From an uncultured Chloroflexia bacterium (lineage in GTDB: Bacteria; Chloroflexota; Limnocylindria; Limnocylindrales; CSP1-4): a stretch of DNA of 64,000 bases. Below the pieces are notes generated by a model. That model was not told where the DNA came from. It saw only the letters and a program-made list of their open reading frames with translations, and ran no database searches. Position 1 is the first letter of the stretch, and every line of letters starts with the position of its first letter. Location: the NCBI GenBank assembly GCA_963714675.1, contig CAVQPG010000003.1, forward strand, positions 32,477-96,476, read 5' to 3'. This document shows, one piece after another, positions 1 to 10,110 of the stretch. The position numbers and the translations under genes were made by a program.

Positions 1-113
1 AGGCCTATGTCGCCCCAGAGGTCGAGCAGTTGATCGGCGACGTGACCATCGACGCCCATCAGAAGGATGGGAGCATGGGACTGGTGGTCAAGCGCGCCTC
101 GAACGAAGACTGA
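1..113 (+). CDS. 3' end of a small protein, possibly HesB/IscA-like (partial)
   Basis: Open frame from the window edge, AYVAPEVEQLIGDVTIDAHQKDGSMGLVVKRASNED, ending at TGA 111-113. Resembles the C-termini of HesB-like proteins. Confidence 0.4.
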   Translation, partial: AYVAPEVEQLIGDVTIDAHQKDGSMGLVVKRASNED

Positions 114-142
114 TCGAGCGTACGTCCGGAACGCTCGATGGT

Positions 143-1966
143 TCACGGCCCGATGATGAGTCGCACCTGACCGGAGATGGCGAAGCGCACCGGACCGTGG
201 CTACGCTCCGGCAACCCGTCGATGTTGACCGTCAGCGGCCGACGCGAGCCACGGGCGTGGGTCGGCGTCCGCACGACCATCACGCGGACGTCACGGACCA
301 CCGAGTCGTAGCGGGCAGGCGCGTCGAAGATGGCACCGCTGCGTGCCGCGGCCAGCTGGCGCAACGCTGCCGGCAAGCCACGGTCGCGCAGCGCCACGAC
401 CCGGAAGTCACCGCTCGCGAAGGACACGCCACGCCCGAGGGGGAAGTCAGGTCCCAGGTCAGCCCCCACGACGATGACCGCGATCCAGCGATCCGGACCG
501 ACGGCCTCGCCATCCAACTCGAGGACCAGCGGCGCGACGTGGCCCCAGAGACGAAGCCAGGACCACTGAGCCGTGGCGAGGGCGAGTCCGACGTAGAACG
601 GCCCGTAGTCACCCGCGATGGACCCGATGATGCCCTTGTAGAACTTGACCCAACGGGCCTCGGTGAAGCGCGGGACGTCGCCGAAGATGCCCAGGCCGCC
701 GAATCCGATCAGGTGGCGAGTCCTGGCCTCACCGTGTGGACCGACCGTGTCCACCGCGATGACATCGGCCCGCAGGCGGCGATCGTGCTCGATGCCGTCG
801 ACGATGGCTGAGACGGCAGCCGGCAACTCGTCGGAGATGCGCAGCGTCTTGCCGATGAGATCGGCCGATCCCTTGCGCAGGAAGGCCAGCCGCACCTCCG
901 ATGGGATGGTCCCGGCTTGGTGGGAACCTTCGAGCACGGCGTTGAAGGTGCCGCCCCCGCCGGCGGAGACGATGACTCGCCCTCCCCTCGCGACGATGTC
1001 ATTCGTCGTGGCCTCCGCCTCGGCATGGCTGTCGACGGCATGGAGGCGCACGGGCTGTCGCGTGACGGCCGCGAACTGCGGGACGATGCGATGGATCTTG
1101 CGCTGATCCGCGAGCGAGCCCGAGATGGTGGTGGCGACGACCTCGATCGGTGCCGCCTCAGGATCTCCGACCCTGAGGTCCGGGCGTGCCTCGATGGCGT
1201 CGAGCACAGCCTCGGTCACAAGCGCGGCTACCTCCTCCTGCCCGGTCCGCGTCGCCGCGACACGCACCACACGAACGCCGTGGCATGACTCGATGAGCCC
1301 GCAGATGCGTTCGTAGCCCGCCGCCAGGTCATCGAGAGCAGGCACCGTCTCATGGGCCTGCCGAACCTGGCCTCTGCGACCGATCCGTTCCATCGCCGAG
1401 GTCCCGTCGATCTGGAGCAACACCACCAGGTCCGGCATGGCGAAGCGCAGCCCGACACGGTTGACGGCGGCCAGCTGCCACGCATGCCGAAGGTAGAAGC
1501 GCAGCTCCGAGCGCGGGATCCGCGCCTGACCGGAGAGATACCTCAGGGCATCGAGGACACGCTCGTCGTCTCTACCGAGCTGGTCTCGGTAGAGACGGGC
1601 CGCCGACCATGCCATCGTGTTCAGCAGCGGATCGCCGTCGGTCAGGAGCACGTCTGGACGCTCATCGCGGACGACCTGCTCACGGGTGCGCGAGCGCCCG
1701 ATGAGGTCGAGCGTCTTGAGCTGGCGGTAGGCCCAGACGTGCCTCGTCGCCTTGGCCGAACGCAGGACGGCTCGCGACAGGCGCCGGAGTGGCACGTCTC
1801 TTCGAACGTGGACCGGCACCCCCGGCGCACCGGCCAGGCACTCGTCCCCGATGCCCACCACGTCCACGCTCAAGGCCAGCTGTTCGAGTGCACCGCGGCA
1901 GGCCGACGACTTGCCACTCCCGTCGATACCGACCACCGCTGCGACGTACGTCTCCCTGCCGGTCAT
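143..1966 (-). CDS. Fusion of a thymidylate-kinase-like P-loop domain and a diacylglycerol-kinase-family domain with degenerate motifs
   Basis: N-terminal VVGIDGSGKS Walker A, PDLVVLL and AMERIGRRG..HET lid (TMPK-like). C-terminal VSAGGGGTFNAV, FLRKGSADL, GFGGLG and VNIDGL (DAGK-like). Confidence 0.7.
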   Translation of the reverse strand: MTGRETYVAAVVGIDGSGKSSACRGALEQLALSVDVVGIGDECLAGAPGVPVHVRRDVPLRRLSRAVLRSAKATRHVWAYRQLKTLDLIGRSRTREQVVRDERPDVLLTDGDPLLNTMAWSAARLYRDQLGRDDERVLDALRYLSGQARIPRSELRFYLRHAWQLAAVNRVGLRFAMPDLVVLLQIDGTSAMERIGRRGQVRQAHETVPALDDLAAGYERICGLIESCHGVRVVRVAATRTGQEEVAALVTEAVLDAIEARPDLRVGDPEAAPIEVVATTISGSLADQRKIHRIVPQFAAVTRQPVRLHAVDSHAEAEATTNDIVARGGRVIVSAGGGGTFNAVLEGSHQAGTIPSEVRLAFLRKGSADLIGKTLRISDELPAAVSAIVDGIEHDRRLRADVIAVDTVGPHGEARTRHLIGFGGLGIFGDVPRFTEARWVKFYKGIIGSIAGDYGPFYVGLALATAQWSWLRLWGHVAPLVLELDGEAVGPDRWIAVIVVGADLGPDFPLGRGVSFASGDFRVVALRDRGLPAALRQLAAARSGAIFDAPARYDSVVRDVRVMVVRTPTHARGSRRPLTVNIDGLPERSHGPVRFAISGQVRLIIGP

Positions 1967-2138
1967 GACGATCGTCGTGGCACCCCCGATGCGTTCCGAC
2001 GCGTGGCTTCGGGGTCCATGATGGACGCCCGCTCCACCTCGTCAAGAGCACTTCGGCTTCCTCTGCAGGATGCCTGTCCTATGGCACTTGGCAGGTGTCG
2101 GAGCGAGCACGGACGATGGTGGGGCTTGGAGGCATGAC

Positions 2139-4736
2139 ATGCCCGATCTCGTGACGGTCAGCGGGCCACCACTCGAGGCTCGCGTCAAGGACCTCAGCGG
2201 CGAAACGCTCACCGAGCTTCTCGGGCGAGCGGTCGCGCGCACCCCCGACAGCATCGCACTGGTCATCCGCCGAGACATGCTCGACGAGCGCTGGAGCTAC
2301 CGGCGACTGGCGGAGGTCGCCGAACGCGTGGCGACGAAGCTGCAGGCCGAAGGCATCGACCACGGCGACCGCGTGCTGACGTGGTCGCAGAACGACCCCT
2401 GGCTGGTGGCCGCCTACTTCGCCGTCTGGCGCCTGGGCGCCGTCATCGTGCCACTCGACCCGCGCATGCAAACGGACGTGGCCATCCGTATCGGACGCCA
2501 GGCCCGGGCGTCGATGTTGCTCGCCGGCCGCGATGTCGACCCTGAAGCGGCCGCCGCGCTGGAGCTGCCCATCCTCGATGTCGATGAGGCAGACCTATGC
2601 CCTTCGCGAACGCACAGCGAAGTCGTGGCCGCGTTCCCGTCGGTCTCGCCTGACGACCTGGCCGAAGTCATCTTCACCAGCGGAACCACATCCGACCCCA
2701 AGGGCGTGATGCTGACGCACGGTCAGATCGTGCATACGGCGCGAGCCATCGCTCAGACAGCGATGGGGTCGCATCCCGATCGGGCCCTCGCCGTCATCCC
2801 GCTCTCACACATGTACGGGCAGACGGTGCCGCTGCTGATGGGCCTCATGAGCGGCTCCACGCTCGTGTTCCTGCATGCGCTCACCCCCAAAGCCATGAGC
2901 GTCACCATGCAGCGTGAGCACATCACCGCCCTGACGCTCGTCCCGCACCTGATGAGCATCTTGCTGGAGGGCATCGAGAACGAGGCCAGGCGCACTGGTC
3001 GCGAGGCGCGTCTGGCGCGTCTTCGCAGGGTCGGCCGCTGGTTGCCTCTCCGGCTGCGGCGCCTGCTCTTCCGCTCCGTGCTGACTCGGTTGGGTGGTGC
3101 CCTGGAGGTCATCGGCAGTGGCGGAGCGGCACTCGACGAGGAACTGCAGCGAGCCTGGGAGTGCTTCGGGCTACGCGTCACGCAGGGCTACGGCACGACC
3201 GAGGTCGCGGCCATCTGCGGTCACTCCCGCACACGGCAACGCCACGGCACGGTCGGTCCACCGCTCGCGGGCATCGAGGTACGGATCGCCGAGGACGGTG
3301 AGCTGCTCGCCCGCGGCCCCAGCGTCATGCACGGCTACTGGGAGGCTCCAGAGGCCACGGCCGAGGTGCTCGACGAGGACGGCTGGTTCCACACTGGTGA
3401 CGCCGCTCGCGTCGACGAACACGGGGAGCTGGTGATCCTGGGTCGCACGCGCGACCGTATCGCGTTGCCCAGCGGTCTGAACGTGTACCCCGAAGACGTC
3501 GAAGGCGCGCTGGTGGCGACCGGGTCCGTGCGTGCCGCTGTCGTCTTCGAGTCCTCGCCCGGCAAGCTCGCGGCCGTCCTGGTCCCAGCCGCCGGTGCCA
3601 GCGACGAGGACCTCGGGCCCGCAGTGAAGTCGGCCAACGCGACGCTCACCCCACACCAACGGGTCGGTGCGTGGCGTCGCTGGCCCCAGGAGGACTTCCC
3701 GCGCACACACACGTCGAAGCTCCGTCGAGCCCCGGTGCAGGCCTGGTTCGCGGGTACGGACGTCGCCGGAACGCCCGGCTCGGCGGTCTCGTCGGGGCGA
3801 CCGGTCACGACCGCGGCAGCCGCCGTCACGGAGCTGGCGGTCGCGAAGGCGGTCGCAGATACCCTGGTCGAGGCCCGGGGCGTGGTTCCGCCGACGCTCA
3901 CCGGCGGGACGACGCTCGAGTCGCTCGACCTCGACTCGCTGACCGTCGTGTCGCTGACCTTGCGGATCGAATCAACCTTCGACGCGCCACTGTCCGATGA
4001 CGACGTGCTCGGCGCTCCCGACATCGCGGCGCTTCACGCCCTCGTGCTGGAGCGACAGGGCAAGCGACCCGCGCCACCACCATCGGATTGGGCCTTCTCC
4101 GGACCGGCACGCGGGCTGCGTCGGATGCTCGACGTCACGCTCGTCGGCTGGGCCGTCGGCATCGTCAGCGACCTCCGGGTCGAGGGTCTCGAGCAGCTCC
4201 TGGCCCTCTCCGGACCGGCGCTCATCTGCCCCAACCACACCAGCCACCTCGACGCGCCCGTCGTGCGCGCTGCCCTGCCACCGGCCATGCGCGATCACAG
4301 TGCCATCGCTGCCGCGGCGGATGTCTGGTTCCGCAGAGGCATCGTGGGTCCCGTGGCTGAGCTCGCCCTGGGCGCGATCGCGTTCGGGCGCACGTCAGAC
4401 GTCCGTGCGTCGCTCGAGCGGGTGGCGAATCTGGTGAACGACGGCTACACGGTCATCATCTTCCCGGAGGGGACGCGTTCGGCGGACGGGCGACTGGGGC
4501 CGATGCGTCAAGGCATCGGACTGCTGGCCACGCAGCTGCACGTGCCCATCGTTCCGGTGCACATCGATGGTGCCCATGACATCCTGCCCAAGGGCGCCTC
4601 GCTTCCGAGCCACCGTGAGCGAGCGCATGTCGTCGTCCGCTTCGGCGAGCCGATGCGGCTGGAGCCCGGGACCACGGTCCTCGAGGCCACCGCCCAGGTA
4701 CGCCGAGCCATCTTGGCACTCGCGCCGGCGAGCTGA
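2139..4736 (+). CDS. Long-chain acyl-CoA/ACP ligase + acyl carrier domain + PlsC-type acyltransferase fusion
   Basis: FTSGTTSDPKG, QGYGTTE and GWFHTGD (AMP-binding); LDLDSL (phosphopantetheine Ser); NHTSHLD and FPEGTRS (LPLAT). GGAGG RBS 6 nt before ATG 2139. Confidence 0.88.
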   Translation: MPDLVTVSGPPLEARVKDLSGETLTELLGRAVARTPDSIALVIRRDMLDERWSYRRLAEVAERVATKLQAEGIDHGDRVLTWSQNDPWLVAAYFAVWRLGAVIVPLDPRMQTDVAIRIGRQARASMLLAGRDVDPEAAAALELPILDVDEADLCPSRTHSEVVAAFPSVSPDDLAEVIFTSGTTSDPKGVMLTHGQIVHTARAIAQTAMGSHPDRALAVIPLSHMYGQTVPLLMGLMSGSTLVFLHALTPKAMSVTMQREHITALTLVPHLMSILLEGIENEARRTGREARLARLRRVGRWLPLRLRRLLFRSVLTRLGGALEVIGSGGAALDEELQRAWECFGLRVTQGYGTTEVAAICGHSRTRQRHGTVGPPLAGIEVRIAEDGELLARGPSVMHGYWEAPEATAEVLDEDGWFHTGDAARVDEHGELVILGRTRDRIALPSGLNVYPEDVEGALVATGSVRAAVVFESSPGKLAAVLVPAAGASDEDLGPAVKSANATLTPHQRVGAWRRWPQEDFPRTHTSKLRRAPVQAWFAGTDVAGTPGSAVSSGRPVTTAAAAVTELAVAKAVADTLVEARGVVPPTLTGGTTLESLDLDSLTVVSLTLRIESTFDAPLSDDDVLGAPDIAALHALVLERQGKRPAPPPSDWAFSGPARGLRRMLDVTLVGWAVGIVSDLRVEGLEQLLALSGPALICPNHTSHLDAPVVRAALPPAMRDHSAIAAAADVWFRRGIVGPVAELALGAIAFGRTSDVRASLERVANLVNDGYTVIIFPEGTRSADGRLGPMRQGIGLLATQLHVPIVPVHIDGAHDILPKGASLPSHRERAHVVVRFGEPMRLEPGTTVLEATAQVRRAILALAPAS

Positions 4737-4830
4737 GTCGACCTCGGCTTGAAGGCCACCCGTGGGACTTCGTCCACTCGGCCCGCGAGCCGCGGTCCAC
4801 GACAGGCCCAAGACACCTACCATGCACGCC

Positions 4831-5874
4831 ATGCCCCCCTTCGAGCTTGGTCTGTACACCTTCGGCGATATCACCCCTGAGCTGGGCGGTAGCATCACGC
4901 CCCAACAGCGGCTCCGCGACGTGGTCGACGAGGCGCGCCTGGCCGATGAGGTCGGGCTCGACGTCTTCGCGGTCGGCGAGCACCACCGCGCCGACTTCCC
5001 CATCTCCGTGCCCGCCGTGGTGCTCGCCGCGATCGCCGAGCGGACCAGGCACATCCGCCTGTCGAGCTCCGTGAACGTGCTCTCGTCGGATGATCCGGTG
5101 CGCGTCTTCCAGCAGTTCGCGACGCTCGATCTCCTGTCCGACGGTCGTGCCGAGATCATGGCTGGTCGCGGCTCGTTCACCGAGTCGTTCCCGCTCTTCG
5201 GCTACGACCTCCGCGATTACGACAGCCTCTTCGCCGAGAAGCTGGAGATGCTGCTCGCCCTACGGGCCTCGGAGCGCATCACCTGGTCCGGCCAGCACCG
5301 CGCGCCGATCGACGACCGCGGCGTGTACCCACGCCCGATCCAGGATCCCCTCCCGGTATGGGTCGCCATCGGCGGGACGCCAGAGTCGGCCGTCCGTGCG
5401 GGTGTCTTGGGCCTGCCCTTGGCCCTCGCTATCATCGGTGGTCAGCCCGCACGCTTCGCGCCCTTCGCCGAGCTGCACCGTCGCGCCGCGGCGGAGGCAG
5501 GCCATACTCGACTGCCGTTCAGCATCAACTCCCACGGGTTCCTCGCTGACGACTCGCAGGAGGCGTCGGATGCCGCCTGGCCTGCGGCGCAGCTGCTGAT
5601 GAACCGCATCGGCAAGGAGCGCGGGTTCACGCCGGTCACCCGAGAGGCGTACGAGGCCGGCCACGAGCTCCACGGTCACACCTTCACCGGCAGCCCGGCC
5701 CAGGTCATCGAGAAGATCCTGTACCAGTACGAGATCTTTGGGCACGACCGGTTCCTGCTGCAGTTCATCGTCGGCTCGCTGGAGCACGCCAAGGTCATGC
5801 GCGCCATCGAGCTCTTTGGGACGGAGGTCGCCCCCGTGGTCCGCGCGGAGATCGGCAAGCGCACGGCAGCTTGA
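4831..5874 (+). CDS. LLM-class flavin-dependent oxidoreductase (luciferase-like)
   Basis: [26 protein letters not shown] and [19 protein letters not shown] -10 box 7 nt upstream supports a leaderless start at 4831. Confidence 0.9.
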   Translation: MPPFELGLYTFGDITPELGGSITPQQRLRDVVDEARLADEVGLDVFAVGEHHRADFPISVPAVVLAAIAERTRHIRLSSSVNVLSSDDPVRVFQQFATLDLLSDGRAEIMAGRGSFTESFPLFGYDLRDYDSLFAEKLEMLLALRASERITWSGQHRAPIDDRGVYPRPIQDPLPVWVAIGGTPESAVRAGVLGLPLALAIIGGQPARFAPFAELHRRAAAEAGHTRLPFSINSHGFLADDSQEASDAAWPAAQLLMNRIGKERGFTPVTREAYEAGHELHGHTFTGSPAQVIEKILYQYEIFGHDRFLLQFIVGSLEHAKVMRAIELFGTEVAPVVRAEIGKRTAA

Positions 5875-5898
5875 GTCGCAGGGCGCGATCCCTGTCGC

Positions 5899-6156
5899 CT
5901 GGCCAGCGCGCTCGATGTCGCCCTCGACCTGCTTGGCCCTGCCCTTGACCTCGGTCTCCTTGTCGTCGGTGACGTCGCCCCAGGTCTCCTGCACCTTGCC
6001 GACACCCTTGCCCACCGTACCTTCGGCCTCGCTCTTCGCCTTCGCTTCGGTCGCCTGGGCTTCGCCGTCGCGCTTCGTGTCCTCGCTACCGGTCAGGCTG
6101 CCGATGCTGTGCTTGGCCGTGCCCAGGATCTCGCCGACGCGGTTGCTGACGCTCGT
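5899..6156 (-). CDS. CsbD-family stress protein with two CsbD repeats; start reads ACG and stop reads CAG as sequenced
   Basis: VSNRVGEILGTAKHSIGSLTGSEDTKRDGEAQ...GVGKVQETWGDVTDDKETEVKGRAKQVEG lies inside ORF 5260..6327. The rest of that ORF is antisense to the LLM gene. Confidence 0.65.
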
Positions 6157-6339
6157 GGGCTCGACTCCGGACAGCTCCTCCGGGAGGCTGGGGACATCCG
6201 GGCGCCCAGGCTGGGACCGACGCCCCCCGCGGCGCGGGATGGTCAGCGTTGCCGCCGTCTCCATCCCAGCGGACCTCGGTGGGCCCACAGAACGGGGCGG
6301 TGGGGAAACCGATGGCGCCCTCCGCATCGGGGTCCGTGC

Positions 6340-6978
6340 TCAGTCGTCGGCACCGAGCGGCGGTATGGCCTCGACCATGCGGGCGGTCGCGGCGAGTGCC
6401 ACGGCCTCTTCGCTGATGTCCTCGACCCACCCGATGGGCACCGCGCGGCGCTCGGATGAGAGCCCCTCCGCCGCGATGACGAAGTGAGTCGGGAGGCCGT
6501 CGTCCGTGGTCACCACCCGCTCCAGTCGGCCGACGACCTCGTGATCGGAGGCGAAGACCCGCACACCGGGCTGCAACGCGGTCAGACGGTCAGGGATGTT
6601 CCGCTCGCTGACCGCCAGCAGCGTGTCCGCGTGCATGGGTGCGGCAACCCCAAGCGGTCCGTACCAGGTCGAGACGAACCCGGCACGGCCGTCGATGAGG
6701 CGGGCGGGCCGGTCGACCTCGTCGACCGGAACGTAGTGCTGCTCGACGAAGGGCAGCAGATCGTCCAGCGCGACGTTCTGACGCAGGTTGATGCGCTCCG
6801 GCGTAGCGGTGGCGATGTCCTCCATCCGGATCAGCTTGTCCTCGGGGAAGAAGCGCCCCTTGCGCACCACTACGTGCGACAGGCGCCTGGTGACCGGATC
6901 GATGACGATCCGATCGACGCTGCCGACGTGTTCATCACGCGCCGTGTAGACGTTCGTGTCCTGTGTGACCTCCAGCAT
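6340..6978 (-). CDS. PRC-barrel domain protein (two barrels)
   Basis: VYTARDEHVGSVDRIVIDPVTRRLSHVVV and VFASDHEVVGRLERVV repeats. Confidence 0.8.
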   Translation of the reverse strand: MLEVTQDTNVYTARDEHVGSVDRIVIDPVTRRLSHVVVRKGRFFPEDKLIRMEDIATATPERINLRQNVALDDLLPFVEQHYVPVDEVDRPARLIDGRAGFVSTWYGPLGVAAPMHADTLLAVSERNIPDRLTALQPGVRVFASDHEVVGRLERVVTTDDGLPTHFVIAAEGLSSERRAVPIGWVEDISEEAVALAATARMVEAIPPLGADD

Positions 6979-7142
6979 GCGACCACCCTTCCCTTCTGGT
7001 GCGGGGAACCCTGAACGTCCATTGTCCGCCTGCCGCCGGTACAGATGCGCCGGAGCGAGGGACGGCCGGGTGACGACCGCCTATCGATAGAGCGAACGCC
7101 ACGCGAGGCCCACGGGCCGGGCCTGTGGCAGGCTATCGGCCC

Positions 7143-8618
7143 ATGCCTCCCCTGCTCGGTGGTCTCATCGTCTTCGGTACCAGCGCGGCGGTGCTCGCGC
7201 TGGAGATCCTCGCGGTGCGCTTGCTGGCGCCACACCTGGGCATCACCATCGAGGTCACCACGGGTGTCATCGGCACGGTCCTGGCGGGTATCGCCCTCGG
7301 CACCTGGCTGGGAGGGCGGCTCGCCGATCAGGTCGATCCTCGGCGCCTGCTCGGCCCGATCCTCGTGCTTGGCGGCGTGCTGGCCCTGGCGGTCGTCCCG
7401 ATGGTCTCGCTCGCCGCTCGCACCGGGGTCGGCTCCAGCCCGCAGGGCATCCTCATCTATGCCGGCACAGCCTTCCTGCTGCCGGCCGCGGTGCTGTCGG
7501 CCGCCGGCCCCACGGTCGTAAAGCTGCAGCTCCAGCATCTCGGCCAGACGGGCGCCATCGTCGGCAGCTACTCCGCCATCGGCACTAGTGGCGCCATCTT
7601 CGGCTCGTTCCTCACCGGCTTCGTGCTGGTGGCCGCGCTGCCGACGCGCCCCACGGTCATGGCCATCGGTGTCGGTCTCATCCTGGCTGGGCTCCTCATC
7701 GCTGCGCGACTGGGCCGAGCCCGCCCGTCGGGTCTGCTGGCCCTGGCCCTCGCGCTGGCCGGCGGCACCATCGCCTGGTCGCTCTTCTCGCCCGATCCGT
7801 GCGAGCACGAGAGCGCCTACTTCTGCATCCGCGTGGAAGCCGCATCGCCCGATGGCCGCGAGCGCCTCCTGCTGATGGACACACTCCGGCACGCCTACGT
7901 CGACCTCGACGACCCCGCGCGGCTCGAGTTCGCCTACACGCGCCTGTTCGGGGACGCGGCCGACGCGGTCGCACCGGCCGGCGAGGCGGTCATGGCCCTG
8001 CACATCGGCGGTGGAGGGTTCACGTTGCCGCGCTACCTCGACACGACCCGGCCCGGCTCGCGACACCACGTCCTCGAACTGGACCCCGTGGTCCTGGCGG
8101 TGGCCGAGGAGGAACTCGGCCTCGAGCGCTCCCCTGACCTCGAGGTCGTCCTCGGCGACGCTCGCATGAGCATGCGCGAGGAGCCCAGCGGGCGCTACGA
8201 CCTCGTCTTCGGTGACGCGTTCGCCGGACCGGCCGTGCCCTGGCATCTGACCACCGTCGAATTCGTGTCCGAGGTCCGCCGCACGCTGCGGCCGGGCGGC
8301 ATCTATGCGCTCAACATCATCGACTACCCGCCGCTGGACCTGGCCCGCGCACAGCTCGCGACGCTGGCCGAGGTCTTCGAGCACACCGGTGTCTATGGAC
8401 CAGCATCGCGTTTCGAGGGCACCAGTGGCGGCAATGTGATCCTGCTCGCGTCGGACGCTGCGCTGCCTCGCGATGCTCTGCTGCGGGCGAACCGGTCGCG
8501 AGGTGGGAGCGACGAGCTGCTCGATGACGCGGCCGGAGTCTCGCGCTTCATCGACCGTGCCCCGGTGCTGCGCGACGATCACGCGCCCACCGACCAGCTG
8601 CTCACGCGCTACCCGTAG
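7143..8618 (+). CDS. Fused membrane (MFS-like)/spermidine synthase-type SAM-dependent protein
   Basis: About 7 N-terminal TM helices (LALEILAVRLLAPHLG); HIGGGGFTLPRY, LELDP, GDAR and DAF in the C-terminal domain. Confidence 0.88.
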   Translation: MPPLLGGLIVFGTSAAVLALEILAVRLLAPHLGITIEVTTGVIGTVLAGIALGTWLGGRLADQVDPRRLLGPILVLGGVLALAVVPMVSLAARTGVGSSPQGILIYAGTAFLLPAAVLSAAGPTVVKLQLQHLGQTGAIVGSYSAIGTSGAIFGSFLTGFVLVAALPTRPTVMAIGVGLILAGLLIAARLGRARPSGLLALALALAGGTIAWSLFSPDPCEHESAYFCIRVEAASPDGRERLLLMDTLRHAYVDLDDPARLEFAYTRLFGDAADAVAPAGEAVMALHIGGGGFTLPRYLDTTRPGSRHHVLELDPVVLAVAEEELGLERSPDLEVVLGDARMSMREEPSGRYDLVFGDAFAGPAVPWHLTTVEFVSEVRRTLRPGGIYALNIIDYPPLDLARAQLATLAEVFEHTGVYGPASRFEGTSGGNVILLASDAALPRDALLRANRSRGGSDELLDDAAGVSRFIDRAPVLRDDHAPTDQLLTRYP

Positions 8619-8708
8619 CTCGCCCCGCGGTCAGGCGCTGCTGATGGTCGTGGGCGCGACCCGCGAGGGTATGGTGGCAACCCCACGACCCGAACCGAGG
8701 AGGAACGA

Positions 8709-9368
8709 TTGATCAGGGCAGTCATCTTCGACATGGACGGCCTGCTGGTCGATTCCGAGCCCGTCTGGGACGGCGCCCGCAAGTGGCTGGCGGACGACGC
8801 CGGCAAGCCATGGAACGCGCTGGACCATGACGCGGTGATGGGCGTCAGCACCAGCGAGTGGGCCGACTACATGATCGAGCACCTGGAGCTGACCATGTCA
8901 GCGCAGGAGGTCATCGACGCGGTCATCGGGCGGATGATCGAGATGTACCGAGCCGGTGTGCCCTACTTCCCGGGCGCGGTGGAGCTGGTCGACCTGGCCG
9001 CCTCCAACTACCGGACGGCGCTGGCCTCCGGTTCGCATCCCACGCTCATCGAGACGGTCATCGCGGATCCGCCGATGCAGGGCAGGTTCGAGGTCGTCGT
9101 GGCGGCCGACGAGGTCGGCGTGGGCAAGCCGGCACCCGATGTCTACCTCGCGGCTGCCGATCGACTGGGCATCGAACCACAGGACTGCGTCTGTCTCGAG
9201 GACTCCGGCAACGGCATCCTGTCGGGGGTTGCGGCAGGCATGAAGGTGATCGCCGTGCCCGATCCCCGGTTCCCGCCCTCGGCCGACAAGCTCGATCGCG
9301 CCGACGTGATCGTGGCGTCCCTGCCCGAGATCTCGCTCGAACTCATCGATCGACTCGGACGAGCATAG
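8709..9368 (+). CDS. HAD-IA family phosphatase
   Basis: FDMDGLLVDSE motif I, GKPAPDVY and LEDSGNG. GAGGAGG RBS before TTG. Confidence 0.9.
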   Translation: MIRAVIFDMDGLLVDSEPVWDGARKWLADDAGKPWNALDHDAVMGVSTSEWADYMIEHLELTMSAQEVIDAVIGRMIEMYRAGVPYFPGAVELVDLAASNYRTALASGSHPTLIETVIADPPMQGRFEVVVAADEVGVGKPAPDVYLAAADRLGIEPQDCVCLEDSGNGILSGVAAGMKVIAVPDPRFPPSADKLDRADVIVASLPEISLELIDRLGRA

Positions 9369-9392
9369 GGGCAACAACCCCCGGAGCACGGC

Positions 9393-9980
9393 TCACGGGC
9401 CGGATCGATCGTCGGCAGCTCCGCCTTCCGCGGCCGCCGCCTGGTAGATGTCCATCCAGTCGGCCGGCAGCTCCGGCATCTCGTCGGGCAGGATCACCCC
9501 GACGAAGGTCTCGTCCGCATCAGCGATGAGCAGGTACGCGGTCAGGCCTTCGTACGCGCCCGAGCCATCGAGGACGACCCGCTCGTCCGCATTGATCGGG
9601 TCGTCGTCCGCCATCGAGGCCACGAAGTGGCTCGAGCCGCTCCATGATCCTTCGGCGTCCTCCATCACCCAATCGGTATCGACCACGAAGACGAGGGCAG
9701 GCGGGTACCAGCCGCTCATGCTGCTGGTGGCGGTCGCCACACCGCCGAGTCGCACATCGTCGGACGTGATGGCATATGACGATACGGCACCGGTCCTGGT
9801 CATCGTGAACTCGCCCGATCGCTCGACGCGCCCCTCCGAGCCCGTGCCCTGGTAGATCCAGGTGCCGCTCACGCGAGCGGGCGTCATGGGGCCGAAGAGC
9901 GGCTCATCCTGGGCCGCGACCCCGGCACTCGCTGCCAGCAGCATGGCGGCCGTGAGGATCAGGAAGCAGGGCTTGCACAT
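9393..9980 (-). CDS. Secreted hypothetical protein
   Basis: Signal peptide MCKPCFLILTAAMLLAASAGVAA-QD; beta-rich body with GSGAYEGL; GAGG before ATG 9980. Confidence 0.7.
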   Translation of the reverse strand: MCKPCFLILTAAMLLAASAGVAAQDEPLFGPMTPARVSGTWIYQGTGSEGRVERSGEFTMTRTGAVSSYAITSDDVRLGGVATATSSMSGWYPPALVFVVDTDWVMEDAEGSWSGSSHFVASMADDDPINADERVVLDGSGAYEGLTAYLLIADADETFVGVILPDEMPELPADWMDIYQAAAAEGGAADDRSGP

Positions 9981-10110
9981 CGGGAACCCTCGTCGCGTAT
10001 CCGGGTCGGCAGTCAGGAGCCTCCAGCCAAGGGCATCTGACTCCCGCTCCGAGGCGAGGTCAAGTGGCGAATGGCCCGTGTCGCTCCACGGGTCCCAAGA
10101 GTGGGCTGTC

